Source: Macrostomum lignano
Taxonomy: Eukaryota
Direction: 5' to 3'
DNA length: 60,638 nt
Assembly (NCBI GenBank): GCA_002269645.1
Contig: NIVC01002584.1
Location: 1 to 60,638, forward strand
Shown here: positions 9,661 to 22,435 of the stretch, in pieces
Layout of the letters: each line of letters opens with the position of its first letter
Numbering within the stretch: position 1 is the stretch's first letter
Notes under the pieces: generated by a model
What the model was told of the DNA's origin: nothing
The model's database searches: none
Seen by the model: the letters and a program-made list of their open reading frames with translations, nothing else
Made by a program: the position numbers and the translations under genes

Positions 9661-12344
9661 GTGTCCAGATTAAGTGGTATCTTTTTCCAGGATACACTCA
9701 AGTTTCAGTATCCCTTGATGACATGGATGTCAACCTTCAAATTTGTACTTTAAAGGTGTAGCAAGTTAGCAACAATGCAATGTATTTAAAAAGTGAAATG
9801 GACATTAGTGATTAGTTTACATGTAAGATCAGTGAGGTAGACCCTAATATAAGCTCTGTTATTTAGCAAGTTCTTCGTAAGCAAGTTTGAATTTTAATGA
9901 TCAAATTTTGAGCACCCTGCCTCCCCTTTGTCTAGTGTCCATTGAATAAATTTTGAAGTCTCAGATGTCTGACTCAGTTAAAACATACCGGTATTTAAAG
10001 ATCCCAGATGAAATTTAATAGCTTATAATAACATGCCCGAGTTTGTTACACCGCACAGAGCCCACCAGGTCAAGTTTGAACCAGCCAGCTGTTCAGAAGT
10101 TATCGAGCAAACGAGCACTCCAACAGACACAGTCCTCTAAATTTTTAGTAATTTTGTTGACTACAAAAAACGTGTAAAAATAACGTGTACGGTCGGGGCA
10201 AGGCTCTCGGGTTTTTATTTCTTGAGCTGTTTCCAAATCATAGGGAATGTGTAAGCAGTACTGTGAGCAATTTGTATGCAATTCTCACCTGCTGTGTGTT
10301 TAGCCGAATCAGAAAATTTTAAACACGATGCATAATACTACTAGTAGTTTTTTGGCATATCAAATATCAACCGAGAAATTCTGAATTATTTTTGCATGTA
10401 GTTTTGTCCGCATCATGCATTCTGGTGCTCCCGAAGCTGCTCCCTATTTCCATGCAATTTTATCCCAACCCTGCAATTGCCTGCTCGAGAGGGACCAGAC
10501 AGCCGCAGAAGACACCGATAATGCTGGAGACTGCGCAGGCTACCGAGCTGTTCGGCCCGTTGCTCAAGCATTTCAGCTGCAGCAGGGAAACCAGCCTCTC
10601 ATAGAATGCGTACTGCGGAAGCGGCGACACCGGAGTTGAGTTCAACATCGCGCTGCTCTCCAACCCGTCCGAGCCGAGAGCTCAGGGGTTTGAAGGGAGC
10701 GGTAGGTCGTTTTATAAACCATCGCAATTCGCACCTTTTGCCCGCAGGCGCTGTTAATACAACCAAGCAGCTCATTTCACTGCCAGCCTGTCTGGGACTG
10801 TGACGCGGTAAAAGAGAGATGAATGCAAGTAATGACGAAAATTTGCTTCAACAAGGCAGCCAAATTTGAGATAAACAAAATTTATACAGAGAGCCACTTC
10901 AATCTTCTTGATTTTCCGTAATTAGGAGTAGTTAAAAGACTAGTTAAAAGAGGCCAGTTAATGAAATAATAGTCTTTAGACAACCGATTGTCTCGTCATA
11001 AAATTGCCTTCCAAATTAGGATCAGATTACCGCCCCCAATGGTCAGATCGAAGTTGTCGGAAGTCTAGAAGATGTTTTGAACTTAATCTTCTTATTCTCC
11101 TACTTAAAAGTAGTGAGCGCAGTCATAGCGGAGCAAGTAGAAGAAATTCGAAAGAATCGCAGTGAATTCCATTAGTACAATAGCTTTGCCAACATCTCGC
11201 GTACGTTAAAATCGCTGTAATTGACAGCTCAAACGAATACAAGTTATAAAAGTGTGGACTTCTGTTTATCGCTACAAGTCAACCTGCAAACAAAAATGCG
11301 TAGCTTGAAAACTACCGTTGGTGCTAGGTAGTAGCTATGGTGAAGACTCGCAGACGCGACAGCCATAAGGCCGCTGTACAACCCTAACCCACCAATTGCA
11401 CGGCTTTTCCGTGGATTTACCTATACAAGGTACAACCACGTGGACCGACTTGGTCAGGCAGGAGATACAAAACAACTTTAATTTTTATTCGGGAGTTTCG
11501 TTTTAGGCAAAAAAAGTCACTATTCTTTCACCTGCACTCTAACCAAGTAGTAGCAATTTTTTTTTCTAAATGAAAGTCAGATTAAGAGTAATGATAATTT
11601 TTTAAGACACTTATTCTGCATAGTTTCAGCAATTTTCAACTCTTAATGATCCTAGAGGGTAAGGAATTAACTGGTTAATTAAATACGTATCACATGTAAG
11701 CTCAGGTGCTTTACACTGAGTCTTTCACGTGCAGCATTAGTCACGTTTATACAGTGCAATTATTCGACAGGGGCCTATAGAAAAAAAAATGATTGCAATC
11801 CTGAATGTGATAGAATTGGAACATTTACTATAGTATATTTTGGCTAATCCATGGAATTGCCATGGAATTTCCACAGAAATTATATTTAAAAAATCATGAG
11901 CTTACATAAATCCGTCTGGAGTCCGTCTAAATGCACATTGAACTCTGCAGAATCTCAGAGGTTAATAGGTGGATAGTCTAATTCCCAAATGGAATAACTT
12001 AACTTACTCTAACTAGCTATAATCTGTTGAGAATAAGAGCATTCGTTCATGTATAAAAGGATTGAATAAGCGGAAATTGTGCTTCTTATGAACTCAGTAA
12101 GCTTTTAAATGTAACTTTCATCATTTGTAGCAAACCACAGTTGCAAAACAATTGATAAAAGTTTTTTTCGCTGCCAATTATGGTCTGACACAGCACTGTT
12201 GTATTTGTATTGTCCTCCAGGAATACCCGAGGAATTGCCGCGGATTTGCCTCCATACTAACCACAAATTGAATAAATAGAACCAACTTCGCCCGCAATGT
12301 TTTTTCCCTTTTTTCTTCCGCCTAATTAAAGTAATTTGTCTTGA

Positions 12345-12447
12345 ACTCCCAATGTAGCTGTCAAATGCTGTCATCAAAAGCGCCATCAAATCAAAAGTTA
12401 CGTCCGCAGCTTCTCAGCCTTATCGTCCGCCGCCTCAGCAGTAGCGC
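12345..12447 (+). pseudogene. Isolated fragment of the 5' tip of ACSF3 exon 1 (MLSSKAPSNQKLRPQLLSLIVRRLSSS)
   Basis: Matches the reverse complement of 39310-39420. ATG at 12365; homology stops at about 12447. Confidence 0.8.
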
Positions 12448-12643
12448 TTTACTTAGTAATTCTTAGTAAAGAGATCCGGGCTCGTCTTACGAGGCTCGTA
12501 AAGAGATGCAATTTACTATCGAAATGTTTTGATTGGGTAAATCTCTTTATGAAGACTTCTAAGCAGTGAGGTCATGTAGAGACTGTCTCGCGCTGCAGGA
12601 ATGCGCTGCAGGAAAAAGCATTGCGGGCAAAACTCGGCGGGCA

Positions 12644-13400
12644 CCTCTCACCCGAGCTCATCATAGACCTCGTAAAGAAGGCAATTCCACGGAAATTCCA
12701 TGGCTATTCAACACATCAACACTGTATAAAAACTGTGACCTAAAATTGCTAATACAAAACAACAGAAATGCAGAATGCCCGAATTATACACACACCTCTC
12801 ACCCGAGCTCATCACAGGCCTTGTAAAGAAGGCAATTCCACGGAAATTCCACGGAAATTCCATGGCTATCTAACAACTCCAACATACTTTAATATAAAAA
12901 TTGTGATTATACATTTGCTTATGCAAAACAGCAGAAATACAGAACGCCCGAACCCTACGCACTTCTCATCCGAGGTAATCTCCGACCTTTGTAAGAAGGC
13001 GTACCCGAGAAATTCCAAAGCAATCTAACACTCCGACACTGAATAATAACTGATTTAAAACTACCAATGCAAAACATCAGAAATGCAGAATGCCAGAACC
13101 ATACACGCACTTCTCACCCGAACTCATCTAACCTGACTAACACCACCTCCACCTCAGCCTAACAGCAATTTTATTTATGCAAAACATCAGAAATGAGAAT
13201 GCTTGAACCATCAACGCACTTGTTACCTCAGCTAATCTTAGACTTGTAAAGAAGGCAATTCCACGGAAATTCATAGCTATTCACACACTGTGAATAATAA
13301 CTGTGACTTAAAACTACTATGCTACACACCAGAAATGCAGAATGCTTAAACCGTACACGCACCCTGAGCCCTCGTCTCAGACACTACTAACTTCACCTCC
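12644..13400 (+). repeat. Degenerate tandem repeat of about 150 bp (CTCACCCGAGCTCATC...AAGAAGGCAATTCCACGGAAATTCCATGGCTA...CAGAAATGCAGAATGC), 5-6 copies
   Basis: Units start near 12644, 12795, 12961, 13109, 13218 and 13360. The same repeat occurs in ACSF3 intron 2 at 37140-37480. Confidence 0.8.
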
Positions 13401-13437
13401 ACCTCAGCCTCACACAGCGATCTCACATGCAGCTCAC

Positions 13438-13745
13438 CGAACTCCGGTCTCGCAGACCCGCCTCACGGCTGCCCGCTGCGAGTCCGGCCGCTTCTCCAGG
13501 TGGTCCAGCAGCCTGCCGTACATGGTGGGCACCGCCATGAACACTGAGACCCGGGGCCAGGCGCGGGCCAGGCGCCAGCACCAGTCAGCTGCTGCCACAC
13601 CTGCTCAGGCTGGAAGCTGCGGTTGATGAGCACACTGCCTCCGGCCTGCAGCGGTGCCAGCAGGCAGTTCTCCAGCCCGTGCACGTGGTGCAGCCGCAGG
13701 CAGTTCGGCGTCAGGCAGCCGCATTGCCATGGGTTACCACGACTC
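13438..13745 (-). pseudogene. Internally deleted copy of ACSF3 exon 2 ([36 protein letters not shown])
   Basis: Near-identical to 37512-37850 apart from deletions. The flanking intron 13255-13437 matches 37330-37511. Confidence 0.9.
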
Positions 13746-14421
13746 ACTTGGGGCAGCCTGCGGGGCTTATGGGAGTGGTGGCTACTGTGAACTGCCACTT
13801 GTAATTTGTTAAACAATACTATTAGACTTAAAGAGTAAATGCCAACAAACACTGGACTGCTCTTTCATTTGATTTCCATGGGGCGTCATCCCACTAAAGA
13901 GATATACCACTAAAGTACCAAAGCCGAAAAGCATATCAAGAGCATATTTTAGTTTTCGAACCAATGGGAAACAGAAAGTCACTAGCAATTCTACCATGGA
14001 ACTGTCATATATTAAACCTCACTAGGTAAAGGCCATAATAAAATGATCGCATTGTCTGTCTGCTTTTTCTTCTAATTCTTTCCATTTTTTTCGCTGCATT
14101 CGAAAGTTCCACTAAAATAAGAAAATATGATTTATTATACTAAATTAAACTTCAATTTTCCTTCAATCAGACCGAAATAAAATCTGTGAGATTCCTGTCT
14201 CCGAACCAGAGCGATCTTTCTTGCACAGATTGGTCAGAATTTGTACTAGCTAATTCTAAATATAGAATTAGGGAGACCCTAGCTGGTGGGGTTTTCAGGA
14301 TTGGACTAAAAATAGAACAAGAAAACTGTCTGCAAATGCCTGAGACATGCTCTGCACACACGCAAAGAAGTTTTACGCAACATAAGCGTATAGTTTTTAC
14401 GAAGGATATAGTTGAAACTTA

Positions 14422-14712
14422 CGAATTCTAATTTTTGGTTGGTCAGCTCCAATTAAGGAGAACCAAAGTTCTTCCACTACCTTCTCTACCATACTTAAGT
14501 ACACATGCCATGCCAGCTTCTCCAAAATCGCTGCTCACGCGGGCTGGGATTCCGGCTTCCAGTCCGGAAGCGGCCGCCCGTCTCCAGCGACCGCACGAAG
14601 CTCGCCGATGGCTCCGTCAGGATGGCCAGCGGCTGCGGCGACTTCGCCAACCGGCCCGCTGGCGGCACCAGCGGCGAAACGTCGGGAAGCGACTGCTCCG
14701 ACAGGCGGCAGC
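14422..14712 (-). pseudogene. Internally deleted copy of ACSF3 exon 1 and its donor site
   Basis: Matches 38742-38906 joined to 39131-39260, with the deletion at a CCAG microhomology. Confidence 0.88.
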
Positions 14713-15861
14713 CCAAAGTACTACCTTGTTCTGCTAATGTTCTGATTATTAGAGGGGAACATATGACACGTGTTCTTATTTTCAGTGTCGCTAAGCAGCC
14801 ATGTTAATAATAAAAAAATTCAGAACAAGTTGACCATCCGCAGAATATTTGCAGAAATAAATAAATTACAAAATCCAAAGTTCGTGTCATCGCAACACAG
14901 TTTCTGTTGTTGTTTGAGCGCATTTTCGACTCTACTTATCAGACCAAGTTAAAACGTAAATTTCTGGCACTTTTATGTGCAAAAATGGGCTATATTCATG
15001 GTTTAAAATTAGGTCGCAACGCATAGTCATGGAATTGCTGCGGGTTTTCTGTTTCGTGATTATAGGCTAAAGTACCGCGTATAAGATACCGTCCTGTTTA
15101 CTCTCTCATACATGTACTATTATTGTAGAGTGCACTCGTTCTAGGGCCTCGGTATAATATAAAAATGTAAAGTTTTAGTGGGACTAGAAAGCGAAATAAT
15201 TCATTCTGCAGAAGTATCTCAATTCTGCTATTTCTGTACTTTATAAATGTACTTTTAATTCATAGCTTTGACCTCTGAGTCTAATTATTCTACATCAGCG
15301 CTACGATAAGTTCGTTAAGACATTTCAGGCCAAAAACTTTGCTTATCAACCATAAAATTCAGTAGAGATCGAGTGCATTTAATGATCCCTAGAAAGCTTC
15401 TCTCTGTCCGTGTAGGATTGACATCCAGTTTTGAGGGCGTATAAAATGTCTTGGCCACGAGTGCACGAAGCCAGTGAAAGGAAAGTGAGAACTTAAGCGA
15501 TAGTTTCTTTGCTCGAACGCCCGACAATCAAATACTTTCAAGGCTGAACCCCCAACATTATCCTACTCAGTCCTTTCGTTGTCCAATCCTACGTACTCTG
15601 CTCCTTTCCGTAAATTGTAATGGAAAGGGTTATGGAAAGCAATGAGTTAATTGTAGTACTCTCGAAAATCGGTATTTCCACGGAATTTCCTTGGCTTCGA
15701 GGTACTACCTACCTGCATGAAGCTAGAGCATAAGTCTTGTACCGCATATTTGTTAGTGAGTAGATGAGCATTCCTGCAACCCTACTAGTCTCAGTGGCCA
15801 GTATAGTATTTTCAGGAATGTAAAAAAACATACGAGATTCTCGATACTCGTATGCAGAATT

Positions 15862-15950
15862 TATATCCAGATTGTTTTCCTCCCTTGCTTTCAGGTTTTG
15901 GACAGCCTGCTAAGAAATGCCCAGCTGAAACTGATGGCGCTGTCACAGAC
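15862..15950 (+). pseudogene. Degenerate remnant of the ACSF3 last exon (TTTCAG/GTTTTGGACAGCCTGCTAAGAAATGCC...AAACTGATGG)
   Basis: Aligns with 23215-23320, with a deletion of the GKVNKK codons. Confidence 0.7.
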
Positions 15951-16039
15951 TCCACACTTTGATGTGTTCCTTATTACCCGACTTCGGTAATCAAAGAACA
16001 ATCACTTCTAGCTCTTTAGCTAGGCAACCCAGTAATTCA

Positions 16040-16885
16040 AACGAAAGTATTCAATTACCTTGACTTCTTATGAGATATCTCTCCTTTTAGTCCTTCGTAG
16101 ATCTCGTGTAGATCTCGATCTGTAGTTCAGGCCTGAATTCGACTCGACTTGTAGTCCTGGTCCGAGTTTCTCTTTTCTTCTTTTGCCGGCCGGTATCTGT
16201 CGTTCGGACCAATAAGAAGCTTCCAAATTAACAATGGGTACCCTGCGCCAAACTGCGGTTTAATATAAGCCTACTCCTTCTAGCAGTGCCTCTATGCACT
16301 CTAGGTATAGCTCCGGAAACCACTGATAGTCTTCTAAGATCTATCAGGGGCAGTCCTTCTGGAGACTGCAACCAGTAGAGTCTAAACAGACTCAGGAGTC
16401 TCAACAGACTCAAACTAAACTCCAACGAGACGTCTCAAAACACAGGCGCAAATGAGTAAGGCTTACCGCAAGAACTCGACGAGTCTTCAGTAGGAAGTCC
16501 TGTAGTGGCTTCCTCTTCGGAGCTCTTCTCCTTCCGGAGGAATTGTGGCTCCGGGTCCGTTCCGGACCACTTGTATTTATAGGCGTTCAGACCTCTCTCG
16601 AGGTCGTACATCACTGTCTTCGCAAATGTCAAAGGGTCACGATTCGGTGGCTGTCAAGCATGACAGGGTAGAAAGTTGCGCAACTAGTCTACTGTAAAAG
16701 CGCATGATTGGTTACCGTAGCTGGTAGACTTTGATTGGTTCATCCGGGTGCAACCCGAGTGCAAACCAAATGATGACTTGAAGGTGGGGTTTGAATTGAC
16801 AGTTGTTGGTCGCACGTGATTGGGTGATTTCTAAAATTAGCATGCTCGAGGTCTCTCTCTTCCTATTGGTTAGTCCGAATATACT
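16040..16885 (-). mobile_element. Probable LTR-retrotransposon remnant: LTR about 16251-16885, then primer-binding site and leader
   Basis: On the minus strand there is a TATA box (CCTATAAATA near 16580) and an ATTAAA near the LTR end, immediately followed by TGGCGCAG at 16250-16243, a typical Ty3/gypsy PBS start. No second LTR or pol was seen. Confidence 0.45.
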
Positions 16886-17501
16886 TTAGTTCAAAGCATA
16901 CCTTCATTCATGCTCTTCAATTTACTACTAAATAAAATGTGTGAGTAGTACATTAACACTTTTATGTCTTCTTACGGGAGGTAGAACACTCTACAACTTT
17001 TGTGGAAAATCTCTGATTTTGTTGAGTACACTTGGCATATAAAATGCCTGAGGCATGTTAAGAAACAGCCCTAATTATAAAGTATCCCAAGCGCAGCCCA
17101 TGGGCTTCTATTTATGAAATAATTTTGGAAAACTTTCTTTGCATTCGTCTAGCTCATACTCGCTTTCTTAGATTTTGGTTTGCTGATTCTTACTTAGCTT
17201 TACTTGCAAGTGACAGGCGTTTTATTCATTTTTGTATAATCAATTAAATAGCACTACCCAATGTCCCATATTTTTAAGTGTTGTTTTAGTATGGTTGTGG
17301 ATTTGTATTTTTTTTTGTTTACTTATTTGGGTTTTAAGCCTAAAAATATTGAAATTTTGCAAAAAAATGCCAGATGAAACTAGTATCATTTTTGCTAACC
17401 CATTCTAAGCTAGAAAATAAATGATGCAGACGCCGCTTCTTAGACTGATATATTCTCTGCATTTTCTAGATTTATTCTCGTACAGTACGAACTCAACTAC
17501 A

Positions 17502-19168
17502 ATGTTCATCATCCAGGCTGATCACCAACAGTCGCTCTGTTTAGCACTCGATGCCGTGTCCACCACCCTGTCCAGACGCCTGTCCCCGCTCGCTCGCTCC
17601 GACTCGGTGATGGACATCTACGAGGCGCTGACGGCGGCCGTGTACCTCATGTCCAGCGCCTCCAACCCGTTGAAAGTCAGCCGCGAGTCGCGACGACTGT
17701 CGTTCGAGCAGGGCGCCTGGGTACACATTGGCAGGACGCAGACGGTTGAGGACATGGTCGAGAGCGGCTTCTTCTACCTTCAGGTGAGCTAAAGGTGATA
17801 GTTAAGAAGCAAACGTTTAGGAGCTAAATAGATCATCCTCAGCGCCTGGTCTGAGGTCTATGATCTATTATATGGAGGGCTTAAGCAGTCGACTCCGCAG
17901 TTTACAAAGTACGAGCGTATTCACAATCAGACTCAGACCCACTAGGCTTCACTACTGAGCAGGATCTAACGGTGTATCATTTATTCTGCTGTCTTGTCAA
18001 AGTGCAACTGATATGTGGTAGTAACCATAGGAAGTGTTTTCTAAGGCCAACACGGAAGCTGCATTCTGCAGACAATCATCGATTGGCAGGACAGCACAAA
18101 GACCTAAAGATCAGTGAGACAGCCACCCGCAAAGCTAAGAGACATGGCTATTGCATGGAATCAATTCAGCAGTGTCTTCTTAGTGTTATAATAATTAGTT
18201 GATGGATTTATGTTTTGGATGATGTTCACTGTCTGGTTTAAGCTATCACCTTTATTAGTACGAGTTATTGAATTAAACCCGAATGTCTCTTGAGATCACG
18301 GGGTTTTGACGAAGAAGTTGATTTACAGCATGCATTCATCGTTACAGCATGTATTTAACTACAGGAGGACGACCACGTGAAATGCTTCTTCTGCGACCTC
18401 GGCCTCAAAGACTGGGACGCTGGCGACGTCCCCGAGATGGAGCACGCCAAGTTCAGCCCGCTCTGCTTCTTCCTCAAGAGCTCGCGCGGTCTGGAATGGC
18501 TGCGCAGGTCGAGTCCCCGACCTCCTAACTACCCGACGTCCTCCACCCGACAGGACCACAACCAGCTGCTGCGGATTCTGTCGGACGAGCTGCTCAGCGA
18601 GCCGGTGGACATTGTGTGCAAGCTGGGATTCTGCGACACCAAAGTGCTGCTCTGCATCGCCAGGAAGTTCATCCGGTTCAGGCAGAAGTTCACCAGACAA
18701 GAGCTGCTGCAAGAGATGCACAAGGAGTGGGACCGCGAGATGGCGGGCGAGCCCGAGCACTTCATCGGCAAGTTCGACCTCGCAGCCGTGCTCAGACAGT
18801 TCCGCGACTCCATGGCCTCCGTTCCCGGACCTCCGCCCGGCTCCCAGCGACAGCCGCTGACCCAGCAGCAGCAGCTGCAGCAGCAGGGCGGCTCTGTCGG
18901 TAACCGCTGCCGGAACTGCAACATCCGGGATGTGGAGATCGTGTGTCTCCCCTGCGGTCACCTGAGCCTCTGCTTGCAGTGCAGCCGAACCGTCCGAGTG
19001 TGTCCCGCCATCGGCTGCGGACAGCAGGTGGACAACGTCCAGGGAACTGGCGTTCTTTCGGTTGAGCGGAATGACATCCGTAATCGAGTGCACAGCACAC
19101 CTCGCTACAACGGATTTTCATTTGGCCGAATGCGCGTTTTACGTTTAGGCGAGAGTGGGCTGTTTTAA
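17502..19168 (+). CDS. Inhibitor of apoptosis protein (BIR-UBA-like-RING), copy 1; exons 17502-17783, 18365-19168; 361 aa
   Basis: The spliced BIR reads RRLSFEQGAW..DMVESGFFYLQ/EDDHVKCFFCDLGLKDWDAGDVPEMEHAKFSPLCFFL. It is followed by UBA-like VCKLGFCDTKV and RING CRNC..CLPCGHLSLCLQC..VCP. The GT-AG join is phase 0. Confidence 0.9.
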
Positions 19169-22100
19169 ACGCAGTTCGTAAAAAATTACCTGCTGAATAT
19201 ATATTCGATGGTTGTTTGATTGACACTGTAGGGTAAGATAAGACTAAAAACAGTTATAGATGATGTCCTCTAGTTTTGTGATTCCCTGTGCTCCCTGAGC
19301 AAGTGACCTGAGTCATCTTATGAGTTACAGCTGTCACCTTTCCTCACCTTCGAGTTTCGTAAGTAAATGGGACTATGCGTTGTGCTTTTCTTGTGCACAA
19401 GGGCAGTTTGGTTAGACCCTCGAGTGTGTTTGAGTTCTCTTCAGTAATGTACATGTGATCCGGCCGTTACATAGCTGGTTGCATCTGTTAAGTTACGTGC
19501 GGAGTTGCTCTTGGGAATATGATTTTAAAACTTTAGGTATTCATTTTTACGCTTAAATTATCGTAAAACTCTCCTGATTTCATCACATTTTTGTAACAAG
19601 TTGGCTTTTTGAGGAGCGTGTGTTCAGGAATTTTCAGACGTTTTGTTTTCCATCGAGTTTTCAATTGAAATCTTTTTCTGCTAGCCTACCATTGCCATAG
19701 CTAGTTTAAAGTGTTCGAACAATCTAGAAAACATGCAGCTCAAATTAATCCAGCTGGTTGCTCAAATTTTCTGAAAGGAACTCAAAATGTATACCCTATT
19801 CTGTTTTATTCAATTCAAATCATTTTCTGTACGGAGGCGCTGAGCCGACGACTCTAATATAAAATAATTTCGGACTGTTATAGCTTTATCTTTCTGGAAT
19901 TTCCGCGGAATTACCACGAGATGGCCTTGGAGTTGCCGTAAAGTTGTAAAAAATTTCGGTTTGAGTGTATTTTCCATATTTGTATAATACAATTGTGCGT
20001 GCCATGCAATTATATTGTCCGATTGTCCTTTACAGCCCTTTGTTTCTATAACGAGATGCTACCGCGGAGTTGCCCCGGAAATGCCACCGAATTGCCGTGG
20101 AATTGCCGCGGGAATTTCGTAAAAGCATATTTATTGTGGTACTCTCACATCTGTGAAGTTTTTCCCCTCCTCCGCCATTTCGCTTACTTCACATTTTTGT
20201 GTCCTTGTTTACATGTACTTAAAATTGATTGGTGTACCTGTAAATATTTACTTTATCAACTAATGACATTTATCGTATTTTGGAATATCTCGAAAAATGC
20301 TTACTCTTCTAGCTGATGATTGCCGATTGGTTCGTGAAAGTCCTTTCTGGCAGCTGATTCGAATGCCTACGAGCGTACATGTACATTCGCCAGGGGAAGC
20401 TGCACTGCATGATGGAGTCACGCACTTCAACCGTAAGCGGTGCCTTGACTACTACTGCTGTACTTGCTTATATAACTACAATTTGGTTCAGGATCGTTAG
20501 GCTTCGTTTTGCCTATTGTGTGCTTCTATATTCAATGGTACATGCAAATATATATAGAAATTCTTTTGAATTTTAGACTATAGCAACATTTAACATATGT
20601 ATGCTTGTGTACTATTACAGTGCACGTTCGCAGACAGAAGGGAGACAACCGCTGCTGAACACAGCTGTTTGGCGGCAGATCCTGCACATGGCGTCGAGCC
20701 GCTGCATCAGCCGGACGATGTTGCAAGAAGCTGCAGCAGCACCAGAGCTGGGGATTTCTGCGCGAGGCAACCAGCAGGTAAGGGGGCTTAAAAAACCATA
20801 AGCAAAACTCTATCTTATAAGCAAAACAGATCCAACGCAAATGCCTTAAATATCCATGGCGTCAGTTCACCAAATTACATGCACATTCACGTAACTGCTT
20901 TTTTCTCGATTTGGTTAGCGGCTATTCCATGGAAAAGCCGTGGAAAGTCCTTGTCCTTGTCTGACTCTCGGGTAAACGGGGTTCGATTCCATCGCGCGTG
21001 CCTGGCAACACTTTAATTGAGGGTTATTCATCTATTGGGTATGCCACAGCAGTACTGAATAGAATATCCCAGCATAGAAAAAGTTTTCGTATAATAGGTC
21101 ATTCAAAAAATTAGATTGATGAGAATGAATTTGGTATTAAGTATACAGACATGAGGGTCGTACTATAAAGCTGTCGTAGCGTAAGTTCGATCGTACGTCG
21201 GAACTTTTACACTGCGGAGATAGGAGCTAAGAACGATCTTATCTTACGATGGCTTTATAGAACGGGTCCATGGTATACAGCTCTGTTGGATATTCACGCT
21301 GGTGTAAATAAAAAAGAGTCGAGTTAAGAAAAAAAATCTTTGCTTTACGAGTATATAGAAAATATCTGGCCTGGTAGGTACTGCAATTTGCGCAGCTAGC
21401 TGCATATGTCTTCTGTTTACTCAACAGTAAGCGTTAATATTCAGCACCATGTGATGTTTTTTGCAGTCCTAACAGAAGGAACAATAATGATTAAATTTGC
21501 ATCCAGCGTCAGTGCTATTTTTAGACTTGCAGCAAAACCTCCGACGTTTAACAACTCAGCTGACTACTGTATAGGAACTAGCAATCAGCGCCTCGGTTGG
21601 GGAGGCAACAAAAAATTGAATAAACTACATGTACATGTAGCTTCTGACCTCTCAGCTTTGACAACTTCTAGCAATCCCCCCGTAAGTTTGACAACTCAGC
21701 ATCTCAGCAAAACCCGATGATTGTAGATAAACCTCTCTATTGGCAAACAGAACGGTTGACTTCAGCTCACTACTCTACGCTGCAATGACGCAATGTTGTT
21801 CAACTTTTGTTCAGGGTGGCAGTTTTCAATTTTACTGAGTGCTCATACGAGCTATATGCCTTAGCAAATAGCCCCCCCCTAACCTATTTAAAGTAGTTCT
21901 TTTTAAAAATGATTATTCATCTTTTTATAGTGGACACTCCTTAGCTACTGTCCTAACAATTAGTTAATAGTAACTAATGCTTGCAAACGGAGAGTAGAGT
22001 ACATGTATTACAGTCTTGCCATGGGCTTGCCACGGTAGTGTCACAGACTGTCCATGGCCGAACCGCAAGAGTTCAATATAAGACTTGACTAGCTAGAGAG

Positions 22101-22230
22101 CCACGACAATGCAAAAGAATTCAGTGTAAAACTAAATCAGATAAAAGAGGTGTGATGTGCAACGACGATGCATCGGTAAGTAGATGTTCATTGGTTTGAT
22201 TTTTTTAATATTTAAACAAATAGAAAAAAT
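17508..22230 (+). repeat. Direct segmental duplication, copy A (partner 24600-29220, offset about 7.09 kb)
   Basis: Near-identical from 17508 to about 21080 (ORF-track pairs 18377/25469, 19993/27086, 20532/27625), then more diverged to about 22230. Confidence 0.92.
20955..21000 (+). mobile_element. tRNA-like SINE fragment, family 2 (CTGACTCTCG...GGTTCGATTCC); related pieces at 28045-28090 (+), 34770-34845 (-) and 43285-43350 (-)
   Basis: B-box GGTTCGATTCC and a shared (GTAT)CTGACTC motif. The 34.8-kb copy has an A-box-like CAGCTCAGCG. No complete cloverleaf is present. Confidence 0.45.
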
Positions 22231-22435
22231 AGCAAAAACGACTCTATATTCTTTAGACAATTACAAAAATTATTCATAGTCACATTCAAAAACGTTCAAA
22301 TAACGGGAATAGCTTTACGAATTTTCTGTGTACATAATGTAAGTATGAAGCTATAGGTAATCGAGTACACCCAAAAACCTGAGATTTTTATGCGGACTAA
22401 AATATATTTAAAGCAAGGTAATAAACAAAAAATTT

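Noticed and set aside
8931-9701. 16-aa repeat protein or CRISPR-like array
   Set aside because: The units are contiguous with no unique spacers, there are no cas genes, and the context is eukaryotic.
18359-19093. 244-249-aa ORFs antisense to each IAP exon 2 (also 25451-26185 and 30247-30996)
   Set aside because: These are shadow ORFs of GC-rich coding sequence in register with the sense frame, with no recognisable domain.
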